DNA of 63,958 nucleotides, filler included, from Octopus bimaculoides (Eukaryota): assembly GCF_001194135.2 (NCBI RefSeq). It is 6 parts of 6 records of this genome, joined end to end, with 100 filler letters (N's around TTAATTAATTAA, not from the genome) between each part and the next. Parts side by side here need not be neighbours in the genome. Positions count along the whole stretch, not along the records: positions 22,678 to 38,963 come from NC_068985.1; 5 more parts are not named here. One strand, 5' to 3'. The translations under genes were made by a program, and so were the position numbers. The notes beneath the pieces were generated by a model. The model saw only the letters and a program-made list of their open reading frames with translations, ran no database searches and was not told where the DNA came from. Of the stretch, positions 23,428 to 36,689 are shown piece by piece. Numbering within the stretch: the first letter of the stretch is position 1; the number at the start of each line of letters is the position of its first letter.

Positions 23428-23749
23428 TGTGATGTAAAGGAAAGAAAAAAAGACAGAAGCGAAGAGAGAATTACGGTAGTCTTACCTGTCGGTCCGGAGA
23501 AAGGGTCACTTTCAACATCCACGTGCTGTCACGATCTCCAAGGTTCACTCCACGTCCACGTGTGCTATCCGATGCTCTACCTTCTCAGACGCCCGCTCTG
23601 ATGTGCTGTTTGCCGCCGACTGACCCTCGTGCTTCACTGAATGCCGCATGTCCACCACGGCACTTCCAGTGGGACCCACAGGCCCCACTTCCGATAGGAA
23701 ATGCCTACTCCCTCACTTCCGATCCTTCCCTACGTCTCATAACACCACA
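23428..23749. mobile_element. LTR-like segment abutting the gag fragment
   Basis: tgtgatgt...acaccaca termini (TG..CA, 7/8 inverted match), GC-richer than the flanks. Right flank lost in a gap. Confidence 0.5.
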
Positions 23750-24557
23750 TNNNNNNNNNNNNNNNNNNNNNNNNNNNNNNNNNNNNNNNNNNNNNNNNNN
23801 NNNNNNNNNNNNNNNNNNNNNNNNNNNNNNNNNNNNNNNNNNNNNNNNNNNNNNNNNNNNNNNNNNNNNNNNNNNNNNNNNNNNNNNNNNNNNNNNNNNN
23901 NNNNNNNNNNNNNNNNNNNNNNNNNNNNNNNNNNNNNNNNNNNNNNNNNNNNNNNNNNNNNNNNNNNNNNNNNNNNNNNNNNNNNNNNNNNNNNNNNNNN
24001 NNNNNNNNNNNNNNNNNNNNNNNNNNNNNNNNNNNNNNNNNNNNNNNNNNNNNNNNNNNNNNNNNNNNNNNNNNNNNNNNNNNNNNNNNNNNNNNNNNNN
24101 NNNNNNNNNNNNNNNNNNNNNNNNNNNNNNNNNNNNNNNNNNNNNNNNNNNNNNNNNNNNNNNNNNNTATATATATATATATATATATATATATTGAACA
24201 AATAATACATTTATTAAATCCGTGGTGTAGGGTATAATTATATGTAACCGGCTGATACTGTTTGCTGTTACTTTAATTTTCGTATAAACAGCATGAATCA
24301 TACGACATGTTTTATTATGAAAAAAATATCTCCTCTGCGCTATCTCAAGTCGTTTGGACTACTCGAGCAGATGATGATTTCTGCACAACTAAAAGATATT
24401 TTTTAAGTGGAAGCAACTGCCTATGATTTCAACAAAAGCTAAAATGCACGGCGCAACCCATGTTATATAGTGCTAAATAAATATATAGAAAAAGTACCTG
24501 GTTCAATCATCCCTGTAATTTAATTGTGTCTACAAGAGTAGCATGGACCTTTCTTAC

Positions 24558-24620
24558 ACAAACCAGAAAGCACTTCTCCATTTGATACATATATTACATG
24601 ATGTTCAACAATATGATGTT
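24558..24620 (-). other. Candidate 63-nt symmetric (phase 1-1) exon
   Basis: aaatatccttttcag acceptor and T|gtaaga donor; open frame EHHIVEHHVIYVSNGEVLSGL. Confidence 0.3.
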
Positions 24621-25141
24621 CTGAAAAGGATATTTATAATAGTATGGATATCATTGGATTGCAAATCTCTTATCACAACCAAAGTCTATAAACACCAGAA
24701 AAGCGACCCAAAGCAGATTGCAATTGAATAGAGTCGACTGTGTACTTTTTCAATGAAAAGTACATGTTAAAAACTATTTTTATAATATACAGAGTTAACG
24801 TAGAACTGGCTGGTCATATAGTAAAAACGCATATCGAAAACACACTTAAGGTACTATGTGACACTCCTTGCGAAATATATTTGATATATTTGATAGAGGA
24901 ACCATGGTAAAGTGCAGTATTATTGAAAAAGCATTACAACGGCCTATTAGTCGTTGTTACTTATGTGCATCTGAAGAACTCCAGATCTTGACCTGAGCCG
25001 TTGTATATTGAACGGCAAAAATTTTCTCGCCATACCACTATACAACGAAAGTTTAAATTTTCAAACCTTGAAGCAAATTACTGTAATTGCTTGTATGTGT
25101 ATGTGTGCGTACATATGTGTGGATGTGAGTGAGCGTGTGTA

Positions 25142-25174
<33 letters not shown>

Positions 25175-26353
25175 GTGACGAAAGAACTCTGGCCGAAATA
25201 AGATTAAGATTAATGTAATATAAAGCTGAAGCAAATTAACACCAAATATACAGTGCGTGTGTTTTTATTGGCTAAACTGGCAATATGACCATCCCCAAGT
25301 ACAANNNNNNNNNNNNNNNNNNNNNNNNNNNNNNNNNNNNNNNNNNNNNNNNNNNNNNNNNNNNNNNNNNNNNNNNNNNNNNNNNNNNNNNNNNNNNNNN
25401 NNNNNNNNNNNNNNNNNNNNNNNNNNNNNNNNNNNNNNNNNNNNNNNNNNNNNNNNNNNNNNNNNNNNNNNNNNNNNNNNNNNNNNNNNNNNNNNNNNNN
25501 NNNNNNNNNNNNNNNNNNNNNNNNNNNNNNNNNNNNNNNNNNNNNNNNNNNNNNNNNNNNNNNNNNNNNNNNNNNNNNNNNNNNNNNNNNNNNNNNNNNN
25601 NNNNNNNNNNNNNNNNNNNNNNNNNNNNNNNNNNNNNNNNNNNNNNNNNNNNNNNNNNNNNNNNNNNNNNNNNNNNNNNNNNNNNNNNNNNNNNNNNNNN
25701 NNNNNNNNNNNNNNNNNNNNNNNNNNNNNNNNNNNNNNNNNNNNNNNNNNNNNNNNNNNNNNNNNNNNNNNNNNNNNNNNNNNNNNNNNNNNNNNNNNNN
25801 NNNNNNNNNNNNNNNNNNNNNNNNNNNNNNNNNNNNNNNNNNNNNNNAAGTTAACTTTTAATGCTTTTTTAATGAATGTAATGAATATGTTAATGAATAT
25901 GTAATGATAACGTAATGAATATGATGACAAGTGTGATGATGATGATGATGATAGTCAATGTTAGTAATGATGGCGAGAGCAAGATTTCAAACTTCTAGAA
26001 AAGAGAACGAAACTTTTGAATTGAATCAACTTGAATTGAACTAAACTAAATTGAAATCATTCGAAATGAATTAAAATCTACAGGAAATTATAATCAATCC
26101 ATCGATTATTTCTCCAAGAGCTTCACTCCTGATGCACCACGCTTGGCGTTCCAGCTGCTTTGAAAATTTAAGTTTGTAGAATCTATTGAAGAAGCACAAG
26201 TGTCGTTTATTATTAGTGTGCTGAACTCCAGTTCCTCCACCAATCCCTGGATAGGAAGCTAGTCTATCGTAAGTAATTTTCTCCGTCAGAAAGGTTTCGT
26301 TTCTTTCCATATTATCTATATCATATTCCTCAGTATCTCCTCAATTGTCGTTG

Positions 26354-27450
26354 TCACCACCACCAGTACAGCTGTAGCAACCACCTTCCTCTCCAAATCC
26401 GACCACCACCAGCAACAACAAACACCACTACCAACACACTACCGATCACTACCGCAAGTGTCTTCACCGCCACCACTATCACTTTCATTACCATCGCTTC
26501 GGAGACCAACAAAACCACCACTGCCGCCACCGCCACCGCTACCACGATTATCACTACTACTAAACCCACCATCCTTACCACCACCGCCGCCGCCGCNNNN
26601 NNNNNNNNNNNNNNNNNNNNNNNNNNNNNNNNNNNNNNNNNNNNNNNNNNNNNNNNNNNNNNNNNNNNNNNNNNNNNNNNNNNNNNNNNNNNNNNNNNNN
26701 NNNNNNNNNNNNNNNNNNNNNNNNNNNNNNNNNNNNNNNNNNNNNNNNNNNNNNNNNNNNNNNNNNNNNNNNNNNNNNNNNNNNNNNNNNNNNNNNNNNN
26801 NNNNNNNNNNNNNNNNNNNNNNNNNNNNNNNNNNNNNNNNNNNNNNNNNNNNNNNNNNNNNNNNNNNNNNNNNNNNNNNNNNNNNNNNNNNNNNNNNNNN
26901 NNNNNNNNNNNNNNNNNNNNNNNNNNNNNNNNNNNNNNNNNNNNNNNNNNNNNNNNNNNNNNNNNNNNNNNNNNNNNNNNNNNNNNNNNNNNNNNNNNNN
27001 NNNNNNNNNNNNNNNNNNNNNNNNNNNNNNNNNNNNNNNNNNNNNNNNNNNNNNNNNNNNNNNNNNNNNNNNNNNNNNNNNNNNNNNNNNNNNNNNNNNN
27101 NNNNNNNNNNNNNNNNNNNNNNNNNNNNNNNNNNNNNNNNNNNNNNNNNNNNNNNNNNNNNNNNNNNNNNNNNNNNNNNNNNNNNNNNNNNNNNNNNNNN
27201 NNNNNNNNNNNNNNNNNNNNNNNNNNNNNNNNNNNNNNNNNNNNNNNNNNNNNNNNNNNNNNNNNNNNNNNNNNNNNGTGGTGGTGGTGGTGGTGGTGGT
27301 GGTGGTGGTGGTAATGGTGGTGTTTGGTGGTGATGATGATGACGATGATGACAACGACGACGACTATGATGATTGCAAAAGCAAGATAAAAACCAAAATC
27401 AAAAGCAGCAACAACAACAACAACAGCAACAACACCCACTACTGACCTGT
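26354..27450. repeat. (CCA/CAC)n and (GGT/GAT/CAA)n low-complexity field around a gap
   Basis: Trinucleotide runs either side of the 26597-27278 gap. Confidence 0.9.
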
Positions 27451-27845
27451 AAACGGAAGCTTTGGAATGTTGCAAAGAAAAATGGCTGTGATGAATAGAT
27501 AAAGACATAGCCAACTGGAGCCGGTGGATGTATGTTTGTGTGGTGTCCTCTGGCCCGAGGGGTGCTCGAACCCCTACCTCGATTCCTGACAATTGAAACC
27601 TCGCCAGCCTCTCCAGCGACCTCAATGAGCGATCTTTGAACTGGTGACCTATTTTGTCTCGTTTAAGGAATTCTTCCAGCATGACTCAAAGTAGATCTAA
27701 ATAAAAAAAAGAATCCATATCAAATAAAGGTGAGAAGTGTGTCAGGATTTACAAGCTACTCGCTTTTTGGCTGATATGTTATTTTTGGTAGAAAACAATT
27801 GCCTTTGTCTTTATCTATGCAGTTACAACAACATCAACAACAACA

Positions 27846-27997
27846 ATCTTTTCTACTAAAGGCACAAGGCCTGAAATTTTGGGAGAGGGCACTAGTCGAT
27901 TACATCGACCCCAGTGTTTCACTGGTACTTAATTTATCCATCCGAAAGGATGAGAGGCAAAGTCGACCGCGGCAGAATTTGAACTCAGAACGTGAAG
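27846..27997 (-). mobile_element. SINE family B, head-truncated
   Basis: Reverse complement of the tail (cttttctactaaaggcacaaggcctgaaattt) through the B-box (gaatttgaactcagaacg). Confidence 0.85.
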
Positions 27998-28476
27998 CTG
28001 GAAACATGGTACAATCATCGAGTCGAAAGAGTACTGGAAATGTAAGGTTTTGTGGGACTTTCCTATTCAAACAGACAAGTTAGAAAATAATAGACCAGAC
28101 ATAGTCATTATAGATAAAGAAAATCGAAGTTGCTAACTTATCGACCCATCATGCCCGAATGATACCAGGATCGTAAAGAAAGGGGAAGAAAAACAAAACA
28201 AAATACAATCCCTTAAGATTTGAAATAGGAAGAATTTGGAGCATGCGAACAGTAAAGGTTGTGCCTATAATAATTGGTGCTTTGGAAACAGTAAGTCAAG
28301 ATATAGACAAATGAATGAAGGAGATTGAAATAGAATGCCCGGTGGAGCTCATACAGAAAGTTTGTCTCTTAGGGACAGCAGGAATAATCAGGAGGGTTCT
28401 TACCTAAGGTTACAGGTAGCAACCAGCTATCCACATAAATCCTATCAGGAATAAGACCGAACCCAAGCCAAACCAA
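27998..28476 (+). mobile_element. Second R4/Dong-clade 3' fragment (RLE domain plus 3' UTR), a different subfamily from 3241-3572
   Basis: WDFPIQTDKLENNRPDIVIIDKENRSC*LIDPSCP..FEIGRIWSMRTVKVVPIIIGAL..IQKVCLLGTAGIIRRVLT*; PD..D nuclease motif; (AAT)n tail from 28477. Confidence 0.85.
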
Positions 28477-28562
<86 letters not shown>

Positions 28563-28569
28563 TAAAAAC

Positions 28570-28605
<36 letters not shown>
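28477..28605. repeat. (AAT)n microsatellite
   Basis: Near-pure AAT run. Confidence 0.95.
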
Positions 28606-28725
28606 CCTTTCTACTAAAGGCACAAGGCCTGAAATTTGGATGGCGGAGGGTACTAGTCGATTACATCGACTCCAAGATTTCACTGGTACTTAATTCATCG
28701 ACCCCGAAAAGATGGAAGGTAAAGT
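28606..28725 (-). mobile_element. SINE family B, 3' half
   Basis: cctttctactaaaggcacaaggcctgaaattt..ctggtacttaattcatcgaccccgaaa. Confidence 0.85.
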
Positions 28726-29011
28726 TGTAGTCGTTGCTGTACTACTTGATTCTGCAACTCCTGTTGCTGTTCTTGTTATTGCTTTTGCCACTGTATTATA
28801 GAAGCTAATAGGTCTTCCATCGTTTAACAAGTTGTATCACAAACAAATTGTTAAATAACCCACGTAAGCTTCGAAACGTTCGTCAGTAGATGTTGTATCT
28901 TTCGTCTCCAGATGTCGTGGTATCGCCACGATATTGTGACGGATGGTTTAGATACAGTAAACAAGATAACGATGCAGCCGTAATAATAACGTAACGAACC
29001 AACAAGCTTTT

Positions 29012-29113
29012 CTGTGACTGTGTAGTAGGAAGTTTGCTTCCCAGTTACCTGGTTCCGGGTTCAGTGCCACTGCATGGCATTTTGTGCAAGTGTCTCCAAC
29101 TCTGTGTGTGTGT

Positions 29114-29154
<41 letters not shown>

Positions 29155-29366
29155 TGTGTCCCCTTGTATCTGTGTTTGTCCCCCCCCCATTCGCCACCCC
29201 CACCGCTTGGTGTTTTCACGTCCCTGTAAAATAGCGGTTCGGCAAAAGAGATCGATTTTTAAAAAATAAGTACTTGAGCCGATTCATTCGACTAACAATT
29301 CTTCGAGACAGTACTCCAGCATAGCCGCAGTCTAATGAATAAAACAAGTAAACAATAAAAGATACA
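29012..29366 (+). mobile_element. SINE family A
   Basis: ggttccgggttcagtgccactgcatggca..gcggttcggcaaaagag..aaacaagtaaacaataaaaga. Confidence 0.8.
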
Positions 29367-30275
29367 CACANNNNNNNNNNNNNNNNNNNNNNNNNNNNNN
29401 NNNNNNNNNNNNNNNNNNNNNNNNNNNNNNNNNNNNNNNNNNNNNNNNNNNNNNNNNNNNNNNNNNNNNNNNNNNNNNNNNNNNNNNNNNNNNNNNNNNN
29501 NNNNNNNNNNNNNNNNNNNNNNNNNNNNNNNNNNNNNNNNNNNNNNNNNNNNNNNNNNNNNNNNNNNNNNNNNNNNNNNNNNNNNNNNNNNNNNNNNNNN
29601 NNNNNNNNNNNNNNNNNNNNNNNNNNNNNNNNNNNNNNNNNNNNNNNNNNNNNNNNNNNNNNNNNNNNNNNNNNNNNNNNNNNNNNNNNNNNNNNNNNNN
29701 NNNNNNNNNNNNNNNNNNNNNNNNNNNNNNNNNNNNNNNNNNNNNNNNNNNNNNNNNNNNNNNNNNNNNNNNNNNNNNNNNNNNNNNNNNNNNNNNNNNN
29801 NNNNNNNNNNNNNNNNNNNNNNNNNNNNNNNNNNNNNNNNNNNNNNNNNNNNNNNNNNNNNNNNNNNNNNNNNNNNNNNNNNNNNNNNNNNNNNNNNNNN
29901 NNNNNNNNNNNNNNNNNNNNNNNNNNNNNNNNNNNNNNNNNNNNNNNNNNNNNNNNNNNNNNNNNNNNNNNNNNNNNNNNNNNNNNNNNNNNNNNNNNNN
30001 NNNNNNNNNNNNNNNNNNNNNNNNNNNNNNNNNNNNNNNNNNNNNNNNNNNNNNNNNNNNNNNNNNNNNNNNNNNNNNNNNNNNNNNNNNNNNNNNNNTA
30101 TATATAACTATCTGTCTGTCTACCAATATATCCTCTCTCTCCCTCTCTCTCACGCTCTATCTCCTCGCTCTCTTTTGATATACATGCATACATATATACA
30201 TACATACATGCATACATACATATGTTTATTGTTAATCTTATCCTGTGTTATTATTATTATTTAAGAGAAGAAATG

Positions 30276-30640
30276 GGGTGAGCTGGCAGAATCGTTAGCG
30301 CGCCAGACAAAATGATTTGCAGCATTTAGTCCGTCTTAACGTTCTGAGTTTAAATTCTGTTGAGGTCGACTTTGTCTTTTACCCTTTCGAGGTCGATAAA
30401 ATAAGTACCAGTTGCGTAATGGGGTCATGTAATCAACTAATTCCTTCGCCATACATGTCAGGCTTTGTGTCTATAGTAAAAAGGATAGGGGAAAAGAAAG
30501 GAGACGGGTTGGCAAAATCGTTAGCACACCGGACAAAATGCTTAGCTATATTTCTTCCGGCTTTATGCTCTGAGTTCAAATTCTGCTGAAGTAGACTTTA
30601 CCTTTCATCCTTTCGAGATCGATAAAATAAGTACCAGTAG
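30276..30640 (+). mobile_element. Two tandem SINE family B copies (30276-30485, 30506-30640)
   Basis: Two heads: gagctggcagaatcgttagc and ttggcaaaatcgttagc, each with gagtt.aaattctg. Confidence 0.85.
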
Positions 30641-31082
30641 ATTGTGTCAATTAATATAAGGATGATATAAGGGATTCCTTTTTAGTATAAGGTCAGTTTC
30701 AAGTAGGATTTTAGTGCCCTCCCTCTTTCTCTCTCTCTCTCCCTTTCCATTTTTGAATTCGATATACGTACATAAAATTTCACTTAGAGGACACTTAACC
30801 CCAACGTTAATAAAAGCAATAAAAACAACAAACACACAAAGACTACGACAGTAACACGGAAAATAGACACACAACAAGGCAAATTAAGAACATAGGTGGA
30901 AATCTGCATCCAATTAAAATGTCAATAAGATGCAAGCACAATAAACCGGACATTGTTGTGTAAGTTTAGAACAAAAAGAAACGGAAAACTAACAAAGTAA
31001 AAAAACGAACAAACAATACCAGTGCAGTTTCCAATGGTCTCAGGAAGTGAAGTTGTTCAGTTGATTTAATATATGTACACGA

Positions 31083-31142
<60 letters not shown>

Positions 31143-31826
31143 NNNNNNNNNNNNNNNNNNNNNNNNNNNNNNNNNNNNNNNNNNNNNNNNNNNNNNNNNN
31201 NNNNNNNNNNNNNNNNNNNNNNNNNNNNNNNNNNNNNNNNNNNNNNNNNNNNNNNNNNNNNNNNNNNNNNNNNNNNNNNNNNNNNNNNNNNNNNNNNNNN
31301 NNNNNNNNNNNNNNNNNNNNNNNNNNNNNNNNNNNNNNNNNNNNNNNNNNNNNNNNNNNNNNNNNNNNNNNNNNNNNNNNNNNNNNNNNNNNNNNNNNNN
31401 NNNNNNNNNNNNNNNNNNNNNNNNNNNNNNNNNNNNNNNNNNNNNNNNNNNNNNNNNNNNNNNNNNNNNNNNNNNNNNNNNNNNNNNNNNNNNNNNNNNN
31501 NNNNNNNNNNNNNNNNNNNNNNNNNNNNNNNNNNNNNNNNNNNNNNNNNNNNNNNNNNNNNNNNNNNNNNNNNNNNNNNNNNNNNNNNNNNNNNNNNNNN
31601 NNNNNNNNNNNNNNNNNNNNNNNNNNNNNNNNNNNNNNNNNNNNNNNNNNNNNNNNNNNNNNNNNNNNNNNNNNNNNNNNNNNNNNNNNNNNNNNNNNNN
31701 NNNNNNNNNNNNNNNNNNNNNNNNNNNNNNNNNNNNNNNNNNNNNNNNNNNNNNNNNNNNNNNNNNNNNNNNNNNNNNNNNNNNNNNNNNNNNNNNNNNN
31801 NNNNNNNNNNNNNNNNNNNNNCGCGC

Positions 31827-31868
<42 letters not shown>

Positions 31869-32185
31869 CCAAGGTACTGCCCAGTAGGACTGATCCCGAG
31901 ACCACATAGTTAAAAAGTGAGCTTCGTAACCATACAGTCATGCATTCGTCTCTTGAGTTTTGTCTGAAAACTGATGCATGTTAGAGAGTGAACAAACTCT
32001 CATAGTTTCTGACCCTACCAGTTTTTAAATGTCGTGATTCTATTTGGTGAACTAGTTGTTTGTCCAGCTGTCGATCTCCAACAACAGGAGTACTGTTCTA
32101 TTTTCTTTTCCATCAATTCAAGAATTTTTTGTTTAGGCCCGTCTTATTTGGTGAGTATGTTTTCCATTATTACTGCGAAACTTAA

Positions 32186-32380
32186 GGCGGTGAGATGGCA
32201 GAACCGCTAGCACATCGAACAAAATGCCTAGGGGCATTTCTTCCGCCCCTTTACGTTCCACCGACGTCAACTTTGCCTTTCCTCCTTTTATGGGGTCGAT
32301 TTGAGCATTGGGTCGATGTAATCAGCTAATTGCCTGCCTCTAAAATTCCTACCTTTGTACCAAAATTTGAAACGATTTCC
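32186..32380 (+). mobile_element. SINE family B, degenerate
   Basis: ggcggtgagatggcagaaccgctagc..actttgcctttcctcctttt..ggggtcgat. Confidence 0.75.
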
Positions 32381-33058
32381 ACCTGGTTTATGCATAAGAT
32401 TGTTTTTAACATCCCTCTAAGCAATATGTAGTCTTAATCATTGGTTTTCACTCTGTACATTGAGCGCTCTTTAGGTTCAGATTTCAGTCATTGAGCTACG
32501 GCCATGGGTTTTTACTGTATTATATCGGTCCTAGTATTAGTTCGCCATTATTTTTGAAAGAGAGAAATGTAATATAGTCATAGACGTAAAGGATAACTCA
32601 GTGGGGTATATTTATTTCAATTTACCGGCTTTCTCCCACCCTGATATATACATATACATACATGCACACATTGAGCACATGAAGATTAAGAACATATCAA
32701 TATTCTATTTCAATGTTTAAGTGTCACTACGCTTTAGTTCAATTTACATATATACATACATACACACATACATACATACATACATACATACATACATACA
32801 TACATACATACATNNNNNNNNNNNNNNNNNNNNNNNNNNNNNNNNNNNNNNNNNNNNNNNNNNNNNNNNNNNNNNNNNNNNNNNNNNNNNNNNNNNNNNN
32901 NNNNNNNNNNNNNNNNNNNNNNNNNNNNNNNNNNNNNNNNNNNNNNNNNNNNNNNNNNNNNNNNNNNNNNNNNNNNNNNNNNNNNNNNNNNNNNNNNNNN
33001 NNNNNNNNNNNNNNNNNNNNNNNNNNNNNNNNNNNNNNNNNNNNNNNNNNNNNNNNNN

Positions 33059-33094
<36 letters not shown>

Positions 33095-34939
33095 GCATAC
33101 ATATATATGTATATGTGTGCGTGTGCGTGTGTGTGCGCGTGTGTATAAAATATTTATGTATATATATATGTGTGTGTTTGTGTGTGTGTGTATAAATATA
33201 TCTGTATGTATGTTCTAAAACAGATGTTTTGCACTTTTATTGAGCTTTCTACTAAGCATTTTGCACAAAATAAATGTAATCGTTTTAATTGTGCTCATAC
33301 AATTACTACAACGGCTCGTCTCTGAAATTTAATTTTAAATTTTATTTTAATGTTTTAATTTCGGTGATTAGAGCACTTTTATAAAGTAATTTACAATACA
33401 CATCGAGCGTATTTACATCCTTGATGTTCCGGCTGTTTCAATATATCGCCGTTTCGATACGACAATGTATAAAAAAATTAAAATTATCATACGACTCTTT
33501 TTGCTTTTCCGCTGATGAGGTATCACATATATATGCCCACACACGCACAAACGTGCAGTCATATATTCCCATACAAATAAACCAATATGAAAGTGAGCGC
33601 ATATGAATGGGTTTTTCTGCGGGTGTGTAAATATAATTATGTATGTTTGCATGTATGTTTGTATGTCTGTTTGATTGCACTATTTCTGTGTGTGTGTGTG
33701 TGTGTGTGTGTNNNNNNNNNNNNNNNNNNNNNNNNNNNNNNNNNNNNNNNNNNNNNNNNNNNNNNNNNNNNNNNNNNNNNNNNNNNNNNNNNNNNNNNNN
33801 NNNNNNNNNNNNNNNNNNNNNNNNNNNNNNNNNNNNNNNNNNNNNNNNNNNNNNNNNNNNNNNNNNNNNNNNNNNNNNNNNNNNNNNNNNNNNNNNNNNN
33901 NNNNNNNNNNNNNNNNNNNNNNNNNNNNNNNNNNNNNNNNNNNNNNNNNNNNNNNNNNNNNNNNNNNNNNNNNNNNNNNNNNNNNNNNNNNNNNNNNNNN
34001 NNNNNNNNNNNNNNNNNNNNNNNNNNNNNNNNNNNNNNNNNNNNNNNNNNNNNNNNNNNNNNNNNNNNNNNNNNNNNNNNNNNNNNNNNNNNNNNNNNNN
34101 NNNNNNNNNNNNNNNNNNNNNNNNNNNNNNNNNNNNNNNNNNNNNNNNNNNNNNNNNNNNNNNNNNNNNNNNNNNNNNNNNNNNNNNNNNNNNNNNNNNN
34201 NNNNNNNNNNNNNNNNNNNNNNNNNNNNNNNNNNNNNNNNNNNNNNNNNNNNNNNNNNNNNNNNNNNNNNNNNNNNNNNNNNNNNNNNNNNNNNNNNNNN
34301 NNNNNNNNNNNNNNNNNNNNNNNNNNNNNNNNNNNNNNNNNNNNNNNNNNNNNNNNNNNNNNNNNNNNNNNNNNNNAGCCAGTATGTATGTATGTGTGTA
34401 TATATGGATACATGCATGTAAATACGACTGTTTTCACTATCTGTGCCTGCTTTTACGATCAAATGTACTCGCTAATGCGATTCAGTGTGTGTGTGTGTGT
34501 TGGAGTATCGGTGGAAATGTAAGTGTATGTATGCATGTATGTATGTACGTATGTATGTATGTATGTATGTAAAAGTGCGTGTATACGTTTAGCGTGTGTG
34601 TACACATGTAAGTACTTATCACAAGAACATACGGTGATCGAGTGCAAATATTTCATGCATATACTCACACACACATGTACACACATACAAATAGCGCATA
34701 GTCATGGAACTCCACATATACACACACACAAAATATATACACAAACACGTACTTACATACATACGTATACGCATACATGTACGCTCATGCACACGCACAT
34801 GCATACACAGATACACTGATGCACGTATACATCAACATATTCTTGTTTCCATTTGACCATTTCGGTAAAGTGTCTTACTTTACTTCCGGTGCAGTAACTC
34901 ACGCAAACTGCACTTCACATCTAACCTACTGCCACCATC

Positions 34940-35718
34940 ATCGCCGCTCTACAACAACAGCAACAACAACAACAATAGCAATCACTGTTCTTGCCATCAC
35001 CACAAAGTTCCATCGCCAACGCCAAACCATTGCCAAGGCATTTTAATGTCACCCTACCATCTTTAAGACGGCAACCATCATTATCCCATCACAACGGTGA
35101 CAACAAAGACGATGACGAAGACGACGATGTCGACGAAGAAGACGATGTCGACGAAGAAGACGATGTCGACGAAGAAGACGATGTCGACGAAGACGACGAC
35201 CACCACCACCACCACGACAGCAATCAANNNNNNNNNNATGTCGACGAAGACGACGACCACCACCACCACCACGACAGCAATCAACGTTATAAGCATCGCC
35301 GCCACCATATTAACAACAGCAACATGACGACAGCAAGCATCAGTACCACCATCGCCACCACAACAGCAATAATGACAATAAATGTTATCGCCACCAACTT
35401 ATACAACCACTGTTTCGACAACAGCGGCGAGACGACTAACACCACCACTACCACAGCAGTGGCACCAAGAAGAAGAAGAAGGAGGAGGAGGAAGAAGAGA
35501 AGGAGAGCAGGAGGGGCAGGTGGAGAAGAAGAAGAAGAAGAACAACAACAACAACAACAACAGCAAGCAGGTGGAGCAGCAACGACCACAGCAAGCCACG
35601 TTGAGATAACCAATTCCACTACCATCGCTACTTCTGCCACCAATACCACCGATACCAGACTAACGCCACCATCACCATCATCTTGACCAATAACGCGCTT
35701 ACAACAACAATAACAACA

Positions 35719-35761
<43 letters not shown>

Positions 35762-35902
35762 ACAATTTCATCATTCCCGCCACCACCACGACTACCATCC
35801 TACCCATTAGCACCGTCTCTACCATCGACCAAGAACACTAACGTCATCCCAATTATCACTCCCACCACCAGCACCAGCATCATAGCTACAACCATCACCA
35901 CC

Positions 35903-35999
<97 letters not shown>

Positions 36000-36000
36000 G
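34940..36000. repeat. Low-complexity trinucleotide field with 18-bp tandem units (gatgtcgacgaagaagac) and (CTA)n/(AAT)n runs
   Basis: Read directly from the sequence. Confidence 0.9.
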
Positions 36001-36689
36001 CTAGATTACAACACAAATTACATTTTCACAAGAAATTTGTATATAAATGAAGAACTTGCAAGAGATACTGATAAATTTCAACAACATCGAACCAACACTT
36101 TAAATAATCTCAGCTTTAACTTTAAAGACAATAATTTAATTGCTATTTCTGTGAAGTTGTAAGTTTCTACAGTCTATTAAAAAGAGAAACAAAAAAAAAA
36201 TGAGAAAAAAAAACAATAAAAAGTTAATTATTTTATGGCCTGCTTCAAAGGTGGAACAATGCCAGAATGCTACATATCTTGGTGCGCTATTAAATTGTAG
36301 TTTCATATCCATGAAACTCTTATATAATCTAAGGATCAAAACGATCTCATGGAATAATATTGTACAAAAACTAACAGCTTCCCAATATAGTGAAAGTTCT
36401 CAAATATTCTATATAACCGTATCGGTTCTATTCTACTATCCTTCAAATTATACATCCATAATTGTATTAGAGGTAGATCTCGGCATATACTATATCTGGA
36501 TATCATTCTCTACGAGACATGCTGATATATAGCTAGTTGTCTTCTGTTTTAGAGGAGGAGGAAGTGGATTACATTGGCACCAATTCTCAGTTGGAACTCC
36601 GATAAATTTGAACTCGGAACGTTAAAACGGACGAAAAATTGCTAAGCATTTTGCCCAGCATGTTAACGATAGTTGGTCTTTAATATTAA

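Noticed and set aside
24470-24602. Possible non-host contamination suggested by 25-46-nt candidate introns
   Set aside because: Contiguous with host-type microsatellites, and the tiny introns themselves are unverified.
26071-26310. 79-aa minus-strand ORF (MERNETFLTEKITYDRLASYPG...)
   Set aside because: No recognisable domain or convincing splice sites; may be an unrecognised repeat fragment.
28791-28890. GAAGCT...AGCTTC-GAAAC-GTTC-GTC hammerhead-like half
   Set aside because: The CUGANGA core is missing and stem I does not pair.
5347-35285. Direct repeats flanking 10-N gaps (5378, 11478, 35228, also 38118)
   Set aside because: The same sequence on both sides of a fixed 10-N gap indicates unmerged contig overlaps, not TSDs or tandem duplications.
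34991-35686. 231-aa acidic low-complexity ORF with DVDEED repeats
   Set aside because: Built from triplet repeats, crosses a gap artefact, is open in several frames on both strands, and has no splice or domain support.
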